Assembly (NCBI RefSeq): GCF_905372525.1
Contig: NZ_CAJPPN010000005.1
Span: forward strand, 4,190 to 68,189
Direction: 5' to 3'
Source of the DNA: an uncultured Porphyromonas sp.
GTDB taxonomy: Bacteria; Bacteroidota; Bacteroidia; Bacteroidales; Porphyromonadaceae
DNA length: 64,000 bases
The notes beneath the pieces are model-generated. The model had not been told where the DNA came from, ran no database searches, and saw nothing but the letters and a program-made list of their open reading frames with translations. The position numbers and the translations under genes are program-made. Within the stretch, counting starts at the first letter, position 1; every line of letters starts with the position of its first letter. Shown piece by piece: positions 19,882 through 31,000 of this stretch.

Positions 19882-21885
19882 CTAGCATAGAGGCTGGAGT
19901 CGGTCGAGTAGCTCCTGCCCTAGGGCGCTCTTCTCCTGGATGTGCTGTAGGATAGAGCTGACATAGGGATTGCTGTCGAAGCTCCCCCGCACCTGCTCGA
20001 AGTCCATCGCCTGCTGCCGCTCGTCTCCGTCTGCTCCGAAGCCCGTCATCATCGATAGAGAGAACTCCTTCTTGGCATCGGCATAGACCTCCTGGTCGAG
20101 CTCTACGACCGCTCTACGCCACCGCTCTACGAGCTCGCAGATCTGCTCAGCTCGTGCCTGAGATAGATCTAGCCCATAGTAGGTATGGATCTTCTCATAG
20201 GCCCAGGTCCACTCGTACTCATAGTAGTGACGGTGTAGGTCTGCAAAGCTCTCTGCGAGCTGAGCGATGTCGGTGATCGCACCACTCTCTACCTCGCGGA
20301 GCAGGCGTACGATCTCTGCCTTGGGGGCGATGAGTCCCGAGAGGTCGACCCAGTCACCTAGTCCGATGGATACCCTAGGCTGTAGGGCTGTGCGTACAGC
20401 CTCGATGCTAGTGCAGGCGACGCCCTCTAGGCGCTTGATCAGGGAGTTCCCGAGGAACTTATGGATGGCGAGCTCGTAGTAATGTATCCCCTTCCTCAGG
20501 GAGCTGCTGCGGATGCGAGCACTCTGATAGGTGTAGACCTCGGAGGTGAGCCCGGCCACACGTCTTAGATCCTGGAGTATCTGCTGTCCGTTGATCATCT
20601 TCTGGATGGTGTAGGGGCTGAGCAGGTTGTAGTTGATCTGATCGAGGCGGTCAGGATCTCGGCGAGCATCTCGCCGTGGCCATTTCTGTGCGTCACGGAT
20701 GGTTCCTACACTCTTGAGGTTCACCCCAGGGATGATGCACGTGGTATCGCAGGACTCGATCACGTAGGAGAAGGGGAGGTTAGAGAGGTCGGGGTGGGTG
20801 GTATGTCGCCCCATGACTAGGGAGAAGGCTCCGATACGTGCCGGCCAGAGGATATAGGAGTCGGACGAGGTCTTTGCCCCACGCTCCATGATGCCCTGAT
20901 GGATAGGCCCGAGCTTGTACATGTGGTTGCTCTGGTTAGATCCCGAGCCTGCGTTCATGAAGGAGAACTGGCTAGCGATGAGGAGGGTGGACTTGTGGTG
21001 CGTGACCGTGAAGGGACCGGCGAAGATGGCACAGGCCTCCCCATTCTCCCCATGGCAGTTGCTGAAGAAGAGCGAGTCCGAGGCCGAATACCCGTGAGCT
21101 AGCGTACAGGCCTGCCCGACGAAGCAGCGAGAGAGGGCTGTGCCACTCTCCACCCTAGAGCCCGAGGAGATGATGAAGTCCGTACAGATGACGCTGTAAC
21201 CGACGTAGACGGGGGCGGCCTCTACGCTATTGATACTCCCATTATATAGGCGCCGAGTACCGATGATACGTGCATAGTCCCCGATCTTCACGTTGGTGAT
21301 ATTCCCTACATCGGTGATATGGCAGTATGCTCCGATACGTCCGTGTCTGGAGCGTTGGGTATCGATATAGCGGGTGATGAGGTCACGTAGGCGGGTGATC
21401 AGCTCGGGGCGATGGCGGTACATCGCCATCAGGTAGGCCTCGTGGGCGGAGAGGCGGTCGTAGGCCAGCACTTCACGTCCCCCAGTCTCGTTGAGGACAG
21501 AGACCTCTACGCCGTTGCCAAAGGTCGTCTCCCCATCGACGAGGATGGTGTCTACGTTGCTGATGAACGTCCCTTCGCCGATGCTATAGCCAGCGATATA
21601 GTTATTGACGTGCTCGATACAGCAGTTGTCGCCTACCTCCACATTATGTAGGTAGGTGTAGTAGAGGCCGGAATGCTTGGAGATCCCTCCTGGTAGGTCA
21701 AAGGTCTGCTCGAAGAGCCCGAGGCGTACCCACCCAGAGAAGTGCGTATTGAGGATATGGCGGGGGACGAAGCCCTCCTTGACCCAGACCTGAGACCAGT
21801 CGTCAGCGGAGTTCGCACGCTCCTTGAGGCTGGCGATTTCTGCTTCGGTGAGGGGACGATACCCCTCATGCTGTATACTACTCAT
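19882..21885 (-). CDS. DUF4954-family protein (left-handed beta-helix-like)
   Basis: YRPLTEAEI N-terminus, FGNGVEVSVLNETGGREV, AGSGSNQSNHMYKLGP blocks recognised from conserved Bacteroidales proteins. Confidence 0.8.
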   Translation of the reverse strand: MSSIQHEGYRPLTEAEIASLKERANSADDWSQVWVKEGFVPRHILNTHFSGWVRLGLFEQTFDLPGGISKHSGLYYTYLHNVEVGDNCCIEHVNNYIAGYSIGEGTFISNVDTILVDGETTFGNGVEVSVLNETGGREVLAYDRLSAHEAYLMAMYRHRPELITRLRDLITRYIDTQRSRHGRIGAYCHITDVGNITNVKIGDYARIIGTRRLYNGSINSVEAAPVYVGYSVICTDFIISSGSRVESGTALSRCFVGQACTLAHGYSASDSLFFSNCHGENGEACAIFAGPFTVTHHKSTLLIASQFSFMNAGSGSNQSNHMYKLGPIHQGIMERGAKTSSDSYILWPARIGAFSLVMGRHTTHPDLSNLPFSYVIESCDTTCIIPGVNLKSVGTIRDAQKWPRRDARRDPDRLDQINYNLLSPYTIQKMINGQQILQDLRRVAGLTSEVYTYQSARIRSSSLRKGIHYYELAIHKFLGNSLIKRLEGVACTSIEAVRTALQPRVSIGLGDWVDLSGLIAPKAEIVRLLREVESGAITDIAQLAESFADLHRHYYEYEWTWAYEKIHTYYGLDLSQARAEQICELVERWRRAVVELDQEVYADAKKEFSLSMMTGFGADGDERQQAMDFEQVRGSFDSNPYVSSILQHIQEKSALGQELLDRLQPLC

Positions 21886-22125
21886 ATGACTACCTATTTA
21901 TACTTAATATGAAGGCTCTACTGCTGAGTGAATAGCGTAGGGCGGGGTGATCGTCTAGGAGTCAAGGGGGCGCATCGGGGAATAACCTCCTTAGACTGTA
22001 AATATCTATGATGTTTACTAGAGCAAAGATAGCACTTTTAAACAGCTTGATCCTCCCTCCCAAGTCTCTCCCTAGAGTGCTCTCTCCCCCTCATATCCTC
22101 TAGTAGGAAGGGAGGCATTCCCCAC

Positions 22126-23469
22126 TTATACAGCGGGGAGGTTCATCCCCGTGATCGTGCGGTAGAGGTCTAGCGCATAGATGTCTGTCATGCCCGAGAT
22201 GTAGTCTAGGGCACACTGGATCTTGCCGTAGAGGGTGGGGCTACTCGTGTCATACTGGCTACTTACTCGGCTCAGTAGGGTACGGCTGTATAGGTGCTCA
22301 GGGTGTAACTGTGCCTCGATGAGCCGATCCAGCAGAGCCGAGAAGATCCTATGCCCTGCGAGCTCTACATCTACGACTCCATGAGCCGAATAGATCCGCT
22401 TATGAGCCACCTCGCTGCAGACTCGGTAGGCCTCATAGCTACGGGGAGAGAGGTGCTGGACGAGTGTCCCGGTGTAGCGTCCGCTGAGGATATCCTCCTC
22501 TGAGTCGAGGAAGACAGAGGCTGCCTCCTCGACGAGGAGGTTGATGACCTTGGAGCGTAGGTAGCCTATGCGCTCATTGGGGTCTCCTATGCTCGATGCC
22601 ACACGGCGGATCCCTCTTAGCTCCTCCTCGGTGAAGAAGGCCTCCAGGAGGTCACGTGCCTCATCGAAGCTCAGGATATGTAGCTTGTAGGCATCCTCTA
22701 TATCCATGATCTGGTAGCAGATGTCATCGGCTGCCTCCACGAGGTAGACGAGGGGGTGGCGCACATAGCATAGGGGCGAATCGCTGACCTGTATCAGTCC
22801 GAGCTCCTCGGCTACGATACGCATCGTCTCCTCCTCGGTCTCGAAGAAGCCAAACTTGCTCTTCCCCCTAGCTAGCAGGCTACTGTAGGGATACTTGATA
22901 ATGCTCGCTACCGTACTGCAGGTGAGGGCAAAGCCCCCCACACGTCGCCCCTGAAACTGGTGGGTCAGCAGGCGGAAGGCATTGGCATTCCCCTCGAAGT
23001 AGAGGAAGTCCTCCCAGCGTCCACCCTCCTGCTCTACTTGGCTCTGCCAGCGGGCACCATTCCCCTCCTTGAAGTAGGCACTGATCGCCCGCTCTCCGCT
23101 GTGGCCGAAGGGAGGGTTGCCCATGTCGTGTGCTAGGCAAGCGGCACTGACGATGGCACTGAGTCCCGAGCGCAGGGGGATCTCGCTCGCCTTGGGGTAA
23201 CGCCCCACGAGGCAGTCGGCGACGATGTTGCCGAGTGACCGCCCCAGACAGCTTACCTCTAGGCTATGGGTCAGCCTATTGTGTACGAAGATGTTGCCAG
23301 GTAGGGGGAAGACCTGCGTCTTGCTCTGTAGTCTACGGAAGGGGGGAGAGAAGACCAGGCGGTCATAGTCACGCTCGAAGTCACTGCGGGCAGGCGCTGT
23401 CGTCGGCCTGCGCTCGGAGGTATCGGCGCCTAGTCGTCTATCGGAGAGGAGTTGTTCCCAGTGCATCAT
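22126..23469 (-). CDS. dgt: Deoxyguanosinetriphosphate triphosphohydrolase (dGTPase)
   Basis: FRRLQSKTQVF, HNRLTHSLEV, HD motif LAHDMGNPPFGHSGE, FEGNA, EAADDICY, DYISGMTD. Confidence 0.94.
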   Translation of the reverse strand: MMHWEQLLSDRRLGADTSERRPTTAPARSDFERDYDRLVFSPPFRRLQSKTQVFPLPGNIFVHNRLTHSLEVSCLGRSLGNIVADCLVGRYPKASEIPLRSGLSAIVSAACLAHDMGNPPFGHSGERAISAYFKEGNGARWQSQVEQEGGRWEDFLYFEGNANAFRLLTHQFQGRRVGGFALTCSTVASIIKYPYSSLLARGKSKFGFFETEEETMRIVAEELGLIQVSDSPLCYVRHPLVYLVEAADDICYQIMDIEDAYKLHILSFDEARDLLEAFFTEEELRGIRRVASSIGDPNERIGYLRSKVINLLVEEAASVFLDSEEDILSGRYTGTLVQHLSPRSYEAYRVCSEVAHKRIYSAHGVVDVELAGHRIFSALLDRLIEAQLHPEHLYSRTLLSRVSSQYDTSSPTLYGKIQCALDYISGMTDIYALDLYRTITGMNLPAV

Positions 23470-23649
23470 ATCTTACATAATAATGTAGGTGTAGCGCAAA
23501 GGTACTCAATTTCCCTCCTTACCTGCCACTAGGTCAGGGCTGACGGATGAAATCACTATGGTGCGAGAGCAAGGTCGTCAAGGAGCATACGCCGAAGATA
23601 GAAGTATCCGTGTCCTAGGTATAGAGATCCCCAGTGTATACTTCCTACC

Positions 23650-23749
23650 TAGGAGGGATGAGTATACACGTGTGTACACAACTGTATACCCACGTGTACA
23701 CAACAGTATACACGCGTGTACACAAGTGCGCTCTAAGTATCTCCTCTGT
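23650..23749. repeat. Dispersed repeat family A, copy 2: three palindromic units at 22-bp period
   Basis: GTATACACGTGTGTACAC (23662), GTATACCCACGTGTACAC (23684), GTATACACGCGTGTACAC (23706); flanks TAGGAGG-N5 and N5-CGCTCTAAGTATCTCCTCTGT match copy 1. Confidence 0.85.
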
Positions 23750-24094
23750 AGGGCTCGCTTGTATGTCTATTTCTTTGAGATAATGCCTCGGATCTCTAGG
23801 GGGTGGGCTAAGGCTCCCTGGGATACGAAATGATACCCCCGAAGATCCAAAGGCTGGAGTGTGCAAGCGAGATCATGCGTCGTCCCTGGTACTAGGTCTC
23901 TTGGTGTCGGTCGGGGTAGACCTGGCCGGGGCCTCCATCTCAAGGCACGATCACTCTTATCTCCCTTCACTATATATATGGAGTTGATCATCAGGGTGAG
24001 TGGGGTGTTCAGCTATGCGTATGGTGTGCCTGTCCCTACCACTGTATGGCGTAAGCTATGACGGCTATGGTAATGCGCTCCTACACAGGTCGTA

Positions 24095-24230
24095 ACGCTC
24101 ATTCCGAGAGTCCTACTTGAGGAGTAGTAATGATCACAGGAGAGGACTCGGTAAGAGCGCACTCGTCACCTTACATAGGTGATGGGAGCGTTCATACCGA
24201 GAGCGCAAGTGCGCTCTCGGTATGAACGTT
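24095..24230. repeat. Dispersed repeat family B, copy 1: multi-hairpin REP/MITE-like element
   Basis: Core CTCGGTAAGAGCG-x-x-CTCGTCACCTTACATAGGTGA shared with 61737-61772; hairpin CGTTCATACCGAGAGCGCA/TGCGCTCTCGGTATGAACG. Confidence 0.8.
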
Positions 24231-24519
24231 TTGGGGCTCTCGGAGAGTTTGATAGAGAGGTAGTTAGGTGGGCTGTTTTTGCAAGGAGGGTAACCTCTCT
24301 CCGAAGGGTAGGTGCTGGGGGGGAGATTCGGATGTGTTGTTGCTGGTGGAATAGGTGCGTCAAGAGGTGGGCAACGGGCTCTATTGGAGGCCTGACTTAG
24401 GTGGGGTATGACGCCCTCCTTAGGGCTACTTCTTTGTATGGAATAGGTGTTGTGTAAGGTGCTTTGCTTCCGTAAAATATTTAATATGTGGAGATCTTGT
24501 ATTTATCCAGAAGAATATC

Positions 24520-24527
24520 TATATTTG
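24520..24527 (+). promoter_or_regulatory. -7 promoter element of the Rhs locus
   Basis: TATATTTG followed by C in an AT-rich stretch, 33 bp before the 24561 start. Confidence 0.65.
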
Positions 24528-24560
24528 CCACACTACTACTAACTATAAACGAGGTTCTTT

Positions 24561-25061
24561 ATGAAGTACCTATACCTTATTATTCTACTACTCTCCGTGG
24601 GTAGCCTCCCCCTCATGGGACAGGGACGGGTGCGTTTCGCCTATGATGCCGCTGGGAATAGAGTCCGTCGTGAGCTAGTCGTTGGCTCGAAGAAGCCCAA
24701 GGGACTTCGTACATTGAGCGCGGATAGTACACAACAGACTGCATCTGACCTTGACCCAAGGGATGAGGCGGATTGTCGTCACCTAAGTGGTCGGGATTAT
24801 GTTACAGAGACCATCGACCGAGGTCAGGTTCGTATTTACCCCAACCCCACCGAAGGCGAGCTGACGATCGAATTCCTTGGTTATCGCCCTGAGCAGCGTG
24901 CAGTCCTGGTGGTCTATGACCTCTTCGGTCGAGTGGTCGTGAGACGGGAGGTTGCCTCCGTGACGACCATGCTTGATCTCTCAGGCCAGAGTGCAGGCCT
25001 CTATGTCCTGCATCTCATTGTAGGGAAGGATCGATCTGCGTGGAAGATCCGAAAGAACTAA
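24561..25061 (+). CDS. Small secreted protein: one YD-repeat-like strand plus T9SS type A C-terminal sorting domain
   Basis: Signal peptide ending LMG|Q, FAYDAAGNR, then IYPNPT...YDLFGR...DLSGQSAGLYVL...KIRK, the T9SS CTD signature. Confidence 0.88.
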   Translation: MKYLYLIILLLSVGSLPLMGQGRVRFAYDAAGNRVRRELVVGSKKPKGLRTLSADSTQQTASDLDPRDEADCRHLSGRDYVTETIDRGQVRIYPNPTEGELTIEFLGYRPEQRAVLVVYDLFGRVVVRREVASVTTMLDLSGQSAGLYVLHLIVGKDRSAWKIRKN

Positions 25062-25086
25062 CGAACCTAACTAATACTACACAACC

Positions 25087-28000
25087 ATGTCATCTTATAC
25101 TCTGCGTCTTCTCCTCCTCGTTGGGGGACTCTCCTGCTCCTGTGCTAGTAGTCTGTGGGGGCAAAATAAGAACGCACTAGACTCTACGGTACAAGTCCAA
25201 AGCAATGGAGATACACTCATCACGTATTCGGCCTCGGTTTATGATTATGGAAAGTTGAAGACTGCTACATCTCTCAAAGGTGCAAAGAAGAGCTCTGATG
25301 TACGAGCTTTGGGAATGGAAGGGGGACAGGAGGGTGGATATCCAAGAACTTCCCCTACTCGATATGTAGGAGAGACCTTAGCTCCTAGTGTCTGGGCGCC
25401 CCCTATTCCCTACACTTCTGGTCCGACTGCGACTGGGGGACTTAGCTACTCTATCCCGATCACTTTAGGTCCTTTGGTACAGCTAGCTCCGACTCTGAGC
25501 TTGGTCTATAATAGCCAGGCCGGAGATGGTGTGGCTGGCTATGGGTGGAGCCTAGCTGGTCTGTCAAGTATCCTTCCGACAAATAAGACTGTTCATTTTG
25601 ATGGAGGAGCAGGTAGCCCCACGTGGTCTCCTAGCCCCCTGTCGTGGGAGGCAATAAGCCTTGATGGGGTTCGCTTTGTGCCCAATGTTGATCACGTCCT
25701 TCAGGGTGACTACCCCATGATTACTGAGCAGGGGAATGTCCTCGGTAGAGTGCGTGAAAATGGCTATGAGGTACGTTACCCCAACGGAACAGTGGGGATA
25801 TATGAGCTCAGTACCTCGACCCCGAGACGGTATGGAGCCCCTCTCAGTAGACTGACGGATCATCTAGGTAATAGTGTGACCTTTGCATATGATCGAGTAG
25901 CAGGGATAGACTATATCCAAAAGATTATCCTTCATCGGATAGATGGAGGTCGAGGTGGAGAGCAAGCCGAACGGGTAGAGTTCTTCTATGAAGATCGGAA
26001 GGCATTCACAGAGGGCTATGCCTATGGGGAGCCCGTGGCTCAAAAGAAACTCCTTAAACGTATCATCGTCTACTCCGGAGGAGAGGAACTTATGACCTAC
26101 GAGCTACAGCACGAATGGAAACAAGGACGCTACTACGTAAGGCAGATCGGATGTTCGTCTCATGGCAATAAGCTCAATCCGATACGTCTACGTTACCAAT
26201 ATGACAAGGAGCAAGGAGAGGAGAGCACTCTTACCGCAGGGGCGTCTGTCCGTCTTGCAGGATCATTTGACATTGATCGAGAAGACCAGATTATCCAGCG
26301 TGGACGTCTCATGAGAGGGGAGGGGAATGATGGCCTTATTATCTATCCCAAGGCTTCAACCTATGGTGTAGTGAGTACTAAGTATTCAGGTGGTGAAAAA
26401 GGACATCAGTACGGTAGTCTGTATGCTCCGGATCAGAAGATCCTAGTGACGCCTTCTCTCTCTTCGTATCCCGGGGTGATTAAACTGCTTGCCGGAAAAG
26501 GCTTCCAAGAACTTCGTGCTGTAGATGTCGATGGGGATGGGGTGGATGAGCTTGTAAAGGTTAATCTAGCCGGAGTGATACGAGAGGAAAAATATTCACC
26601 AAGGCGTACTCCAATTGTTCCTCTTGCGACACAAATAGAGATAACAGTCTATTATATTAATCAAAATTGGGGACGAACCATTTCAGAGGGTCGGCGTTTC
26701 ATAGTGACTGTCTCTGGTGGTGTTTCTAATCCATTTTTTACTAGTCCTACAAGCCCCTATTATTATTGGGGGTCGTTTCTAGGAGATGGTCGAATACAGT
26801 TGCTCGTCGCCTCTCCCTATGAAAATGTATATGGACAATATCAGAGAGGGTCTTATGCTCTTGTAGATTTGGAGCAAGGAAAGGTCTTACCATCAGGATG
26901 GCATTTTTTTGATCCTACATCATCTATTCACACTCTCGACGTCGATGGTGACGGTCGAACTGATTTGTGTGAAGTGAGAAATGGTAAAATGACCTGCTAT
27001 AGCGTAGAACCTTCTAGTCGACAGTTTCAACACCTCTCAGACTGGGGGCGTGATGGACAAGATCAGTTCCCCAGCTCTCCCTCCCTTCACTGGTGTGACC
27101 TTAATGGGGATGGGCTTATGGATGCTTTTGTTCCAGTGGAGGAATCCTATTGGCAATGGGAAGATAATCCTGATCCGGATAATGCAGAATACGAGCGAGG
27201 CTGGTTCGTGTTTCACGACGAGGGTTCTAATTGGCATTTTTATATCAATACGGGACGAGGCTTTAAATCATATAAACAGAGCTTATTTCCACTAGGTGCA
27301 GACTCCGCTAAAGAGGGTGATCGGGGAGGCCCCTATGAGATTTTTGCTATAGATATGAATCATGATGGGCTATCGGATTTGGTGTATATAGATAATCAGG
27401 GTATCTCAGTGTACTTCAATGAGCACGGAGAGATATCCTCTACCCGTAGCGCCTTCCTCCCGACAGGTTTTATCCAACCGATCCCACTGAGTCTAGTCAC
27501 CCGAGATCAGACCGCACAGCTACTATGTGTGAAGAGCGACGGGTTTTGCATCCCCTATATTTTAGGATCTAATCAGCTGAGGCGAGGCTTGCTTACTAAT
27601 TTCATTGATAGCCGAGGGATCGAGCAGTGTAATCAGTATGCGAATCTCCGGGAGATAAGCCGTATCAACCATGGAACGTCCTATAAGGAGACATTTATAA
27701 CTGAACCGCAGATTACTGAGGGACTCTGTCGCATCTTACCCTCTTGGTACCTACTCCAGGGGCAGCGCACCTATCTGCCTGATGAGACGGGGACGATTAT
27801 TGCTGATAAGCTCTACTACTATACGAATCTTATGGTTAGTCGGCTAGGACTTGGCTTCTGTGGATTTGAGCAGACGAGGGTGGAGGATCTACAGATGCTC
27901 ACAGAGCAGGTCACACGATATGCCCCAACCCTGAGAGGAGTTCCCATCTCCGTAACTACAGGCCTGTTGGGGCTGTCAGAATCTCGTCCTGCGGAGGAGG

Positions 28001-31000
28001 CTCATATGGAGTATGCCCAAGGGGAGTATCCCCCGAGAGGAAAGCGATGGGGATACCATCTCTCCGCTGTACATACGAAGAACCATCTCATGGGTACCAG
28101 CCAAGAGAAGACACTCACCTACGATCCCTACCAGTATGTGACCAAGGAGCAACTAGTAAGTTCCCTCCTAGATGGAAGTTCCACTCGAACCCAAGCTGCC
28201 TATAATACCTATCGTCACAGTCTGAGTCCTAGCCTATATCTCCTAGGAACACAGAGCCAGACACGTACAGAGCTGACCATAGGAACGCAACCGAGGACGG
28301 TGACAACAGTTACGATGGAGCATGATGCACTCCTTCGTCCTATCAGCTCCACGACGACTCAGGATAATGGTACGGGTGCCGGAGTTCGCCTAAAGAGATC
28401 TGTCTGGAGCTATGATGATAGGGGACATCTAATCTCAGAGAAGTCCGCTCCCTACGAGGTCTCTCAGTTACTTGGTGATACTTACACCTATGATGGTGAG
28501 GGACATGTGGTGGCCAAGACCGATGCTCTAGGGCTGATCGTGAAATCCTCTGACTTTGATCAAAGAGGGAATGCTCGAGTGAAGATCGATGTCCTAGGTA
28601 ATAGGACACAGACCGAGTATGATATCTGGGGCAATGCTGTACGCGTACAGGGGCCAGATGGCTCTATTCGCACGACTAGCTATGAACAGGACTCTCATGG
28701 GCAATACACAGAGATTACCAGATCCACAGGAGCCCCTACGACCCATACACTCTATGATGCTCTAGGACGAGTCCTGAAGCAAGGATCCGAACTCTTCGAT
28801 GGCTCGATGCTCTGGACAGATACCAACTATGATCAGCAGGGAAATGTCTATCAGGTGTCCCTCCCTTACAGAGGGGCAACAGCGACTTCCTGGAACGAAT
28901 ATAGCTACGATGAATATGGCCGTAAGACTTACTATGTAGAGGCTTCTGGTAAGGAGACGACTTGGCATTACGAACGCAACCAGACGACAGAGACTAAAGA
29001 GGGGGTATCAAAGACCCAGACCTATAACGAAGTTGGCCAGCTTAGCTCCGTCAAAGATGCAGGTGGAACGATTTACTATGACTATAATAAGCATGGTTTG
29101 ATTGCGCGTATCCGAGTTTCAGACGGAGGGTGGACAACCTTCGAGTATGATGACTATGGTCGTCAGACTCGACTAGATGATCCGAGTGCAGGGCTGAGGG
29201 AGACAGAGTATAACTATGCCTCCGATGGTACCTATACCAAGCGATATGTCACCCCCAATGGTAGCATCACTACGACTACAGATCCCTACGGTCGTCTCCT
29301 AAGGATCGATCGAGATAAGGCCTTCTCCACAAGCTATACTTATGACACCTATGGTCGTCCCATAGAGGAGCGATCGACTAACGGAAGCTTCAAGAGTTAT
29401 ACCTATGATGCCCTTGGGCGGATAGCAACCCAAGAGGAGGGAGTCGCACCGAGTAAAATCCTTAAACGAACCTATGGCTACGATAGAGATGGGCGGGTCG
29501 CCAGTCTGACCTATCGCACGCCAGAGTCAGAGGAGTTCACCGAGCTGTATAGCTACGCCCATGGTCATCATATGATGACCCGACTACAGTCTCCTCTACG
29601 TCCCACGATAGATACGATCTGGAGGCTGCGTGCGGTCAATAATATGGGGATACCTACAGAGGCTAGTACAGGTGGACAGCTACGTACATACAGCTACAGC
29701 CCTCAGGGGGTACTCACAGGACGTGCGATGGGAGACGTCCAGCGCGAGACGTATGAGTTTGATCCCCGTACGGGCAATCTCTCTCGTCGTTCCTGGGTGG
29801 TGAGAGATACTGTACGGACACAATCCTTCGGCTACGACCTTCTAAACAGACTTAATAACTGGGATAGGGGAAGTAATTGTACCTATGCCTCCAATGGAAA
29901 CCTTATTCGGACAGGGGATGAACTCTCGGGTGGATGCAACTTCCTCTATGAGGACGGAGAGCACCCCTATCGTCTAACAGAAGTAAATAGCTTTGAGGGA
30001 AGTTGCTTTGATCCAGTAGAGCTCCCTCAGGATCCTATGCCCCAGCCAGTCCCTTTCTCAGGAAGCCCCCTCGTCCGCATCGCAGATTTGCTCCCAACAA
30101 ACCTGAAGACAGAAGTAGAGCAGACTCTGACCTATACCTCCTTTGATCGACCTGAGAGCATCACACAGGGCTCCTATCGGGCAGTTTGGGACTACAATGG
30201 TGCTCTGGATCGGATACGGATGAGGCTCACCCGAGGGGATACCCTACAGCGGGAGGTCTATTATTGGGGCAACCAGTACGAAGAGGAGCACCGTCCTCAG
30301 AGTGGAGAGCAGACTGCTCGACTCTACCTGGAGGGAGATGCCTATAGTGCTCCAGCTGTTTTGGTCAAGGAGCGTGAGGGGTGGCACCTCTACTACATCG
30401 CACGGGACTACCTCGGGAGTATTACGGACATCGTGGCCTCTGATGGTACTCGGAGGGCACACTATCACTATAGCCCTTGGGGGCGTGTGGAAGAGGGGCA
30501 GGAGGAGCCACTCTTCCTAGGCCGAGGCTTCACAGGACATGAGCATCTGCCGGAGTTTGATCTTATACAGATGAATGCCCGCCTCTATGACCCCTACACA
30601 GGACGTTTCCTGAGCCCTGACCCATACGTACAGCTCCCAGACTTCTCGCAGAGCTTCAATCGCTACAGCTACTGCCTAAATAACCCTCTGAGGTATACAG
30701 ATCAGAGTGGAAAGGTGTTTTGGCTGATTCCTGTTGCGATAGGAGCCATTATTGGGGGGACAATGAATGCTATTGCTCATCGACAGCAGATCTCGGGCTT
30801 TGGTGGATTCCTTGCCTATTTTGGTGTAGGAGCGTTGGTCGGAGGGCTCTCTGGTTTCACAGGAGGAGCTCTGGCTGCATCAAGTTTGGCTCTAGGGGCA
30901 TTTACAGGAGCAGCGATTGGCGCAGCATCAGGAGCTCTTACGGGGGCTGTGTCAGGAATTGCTCTTAATGGATTGAATAACCTCATTGCTGGTAGAGGTT

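Noticed and set aside
22126..23469. dGTPase as an anti-phage defence gene
   Set aside because: Looks like the ordinary housekeeping Dgt in a core context; no other defence genes adjacent
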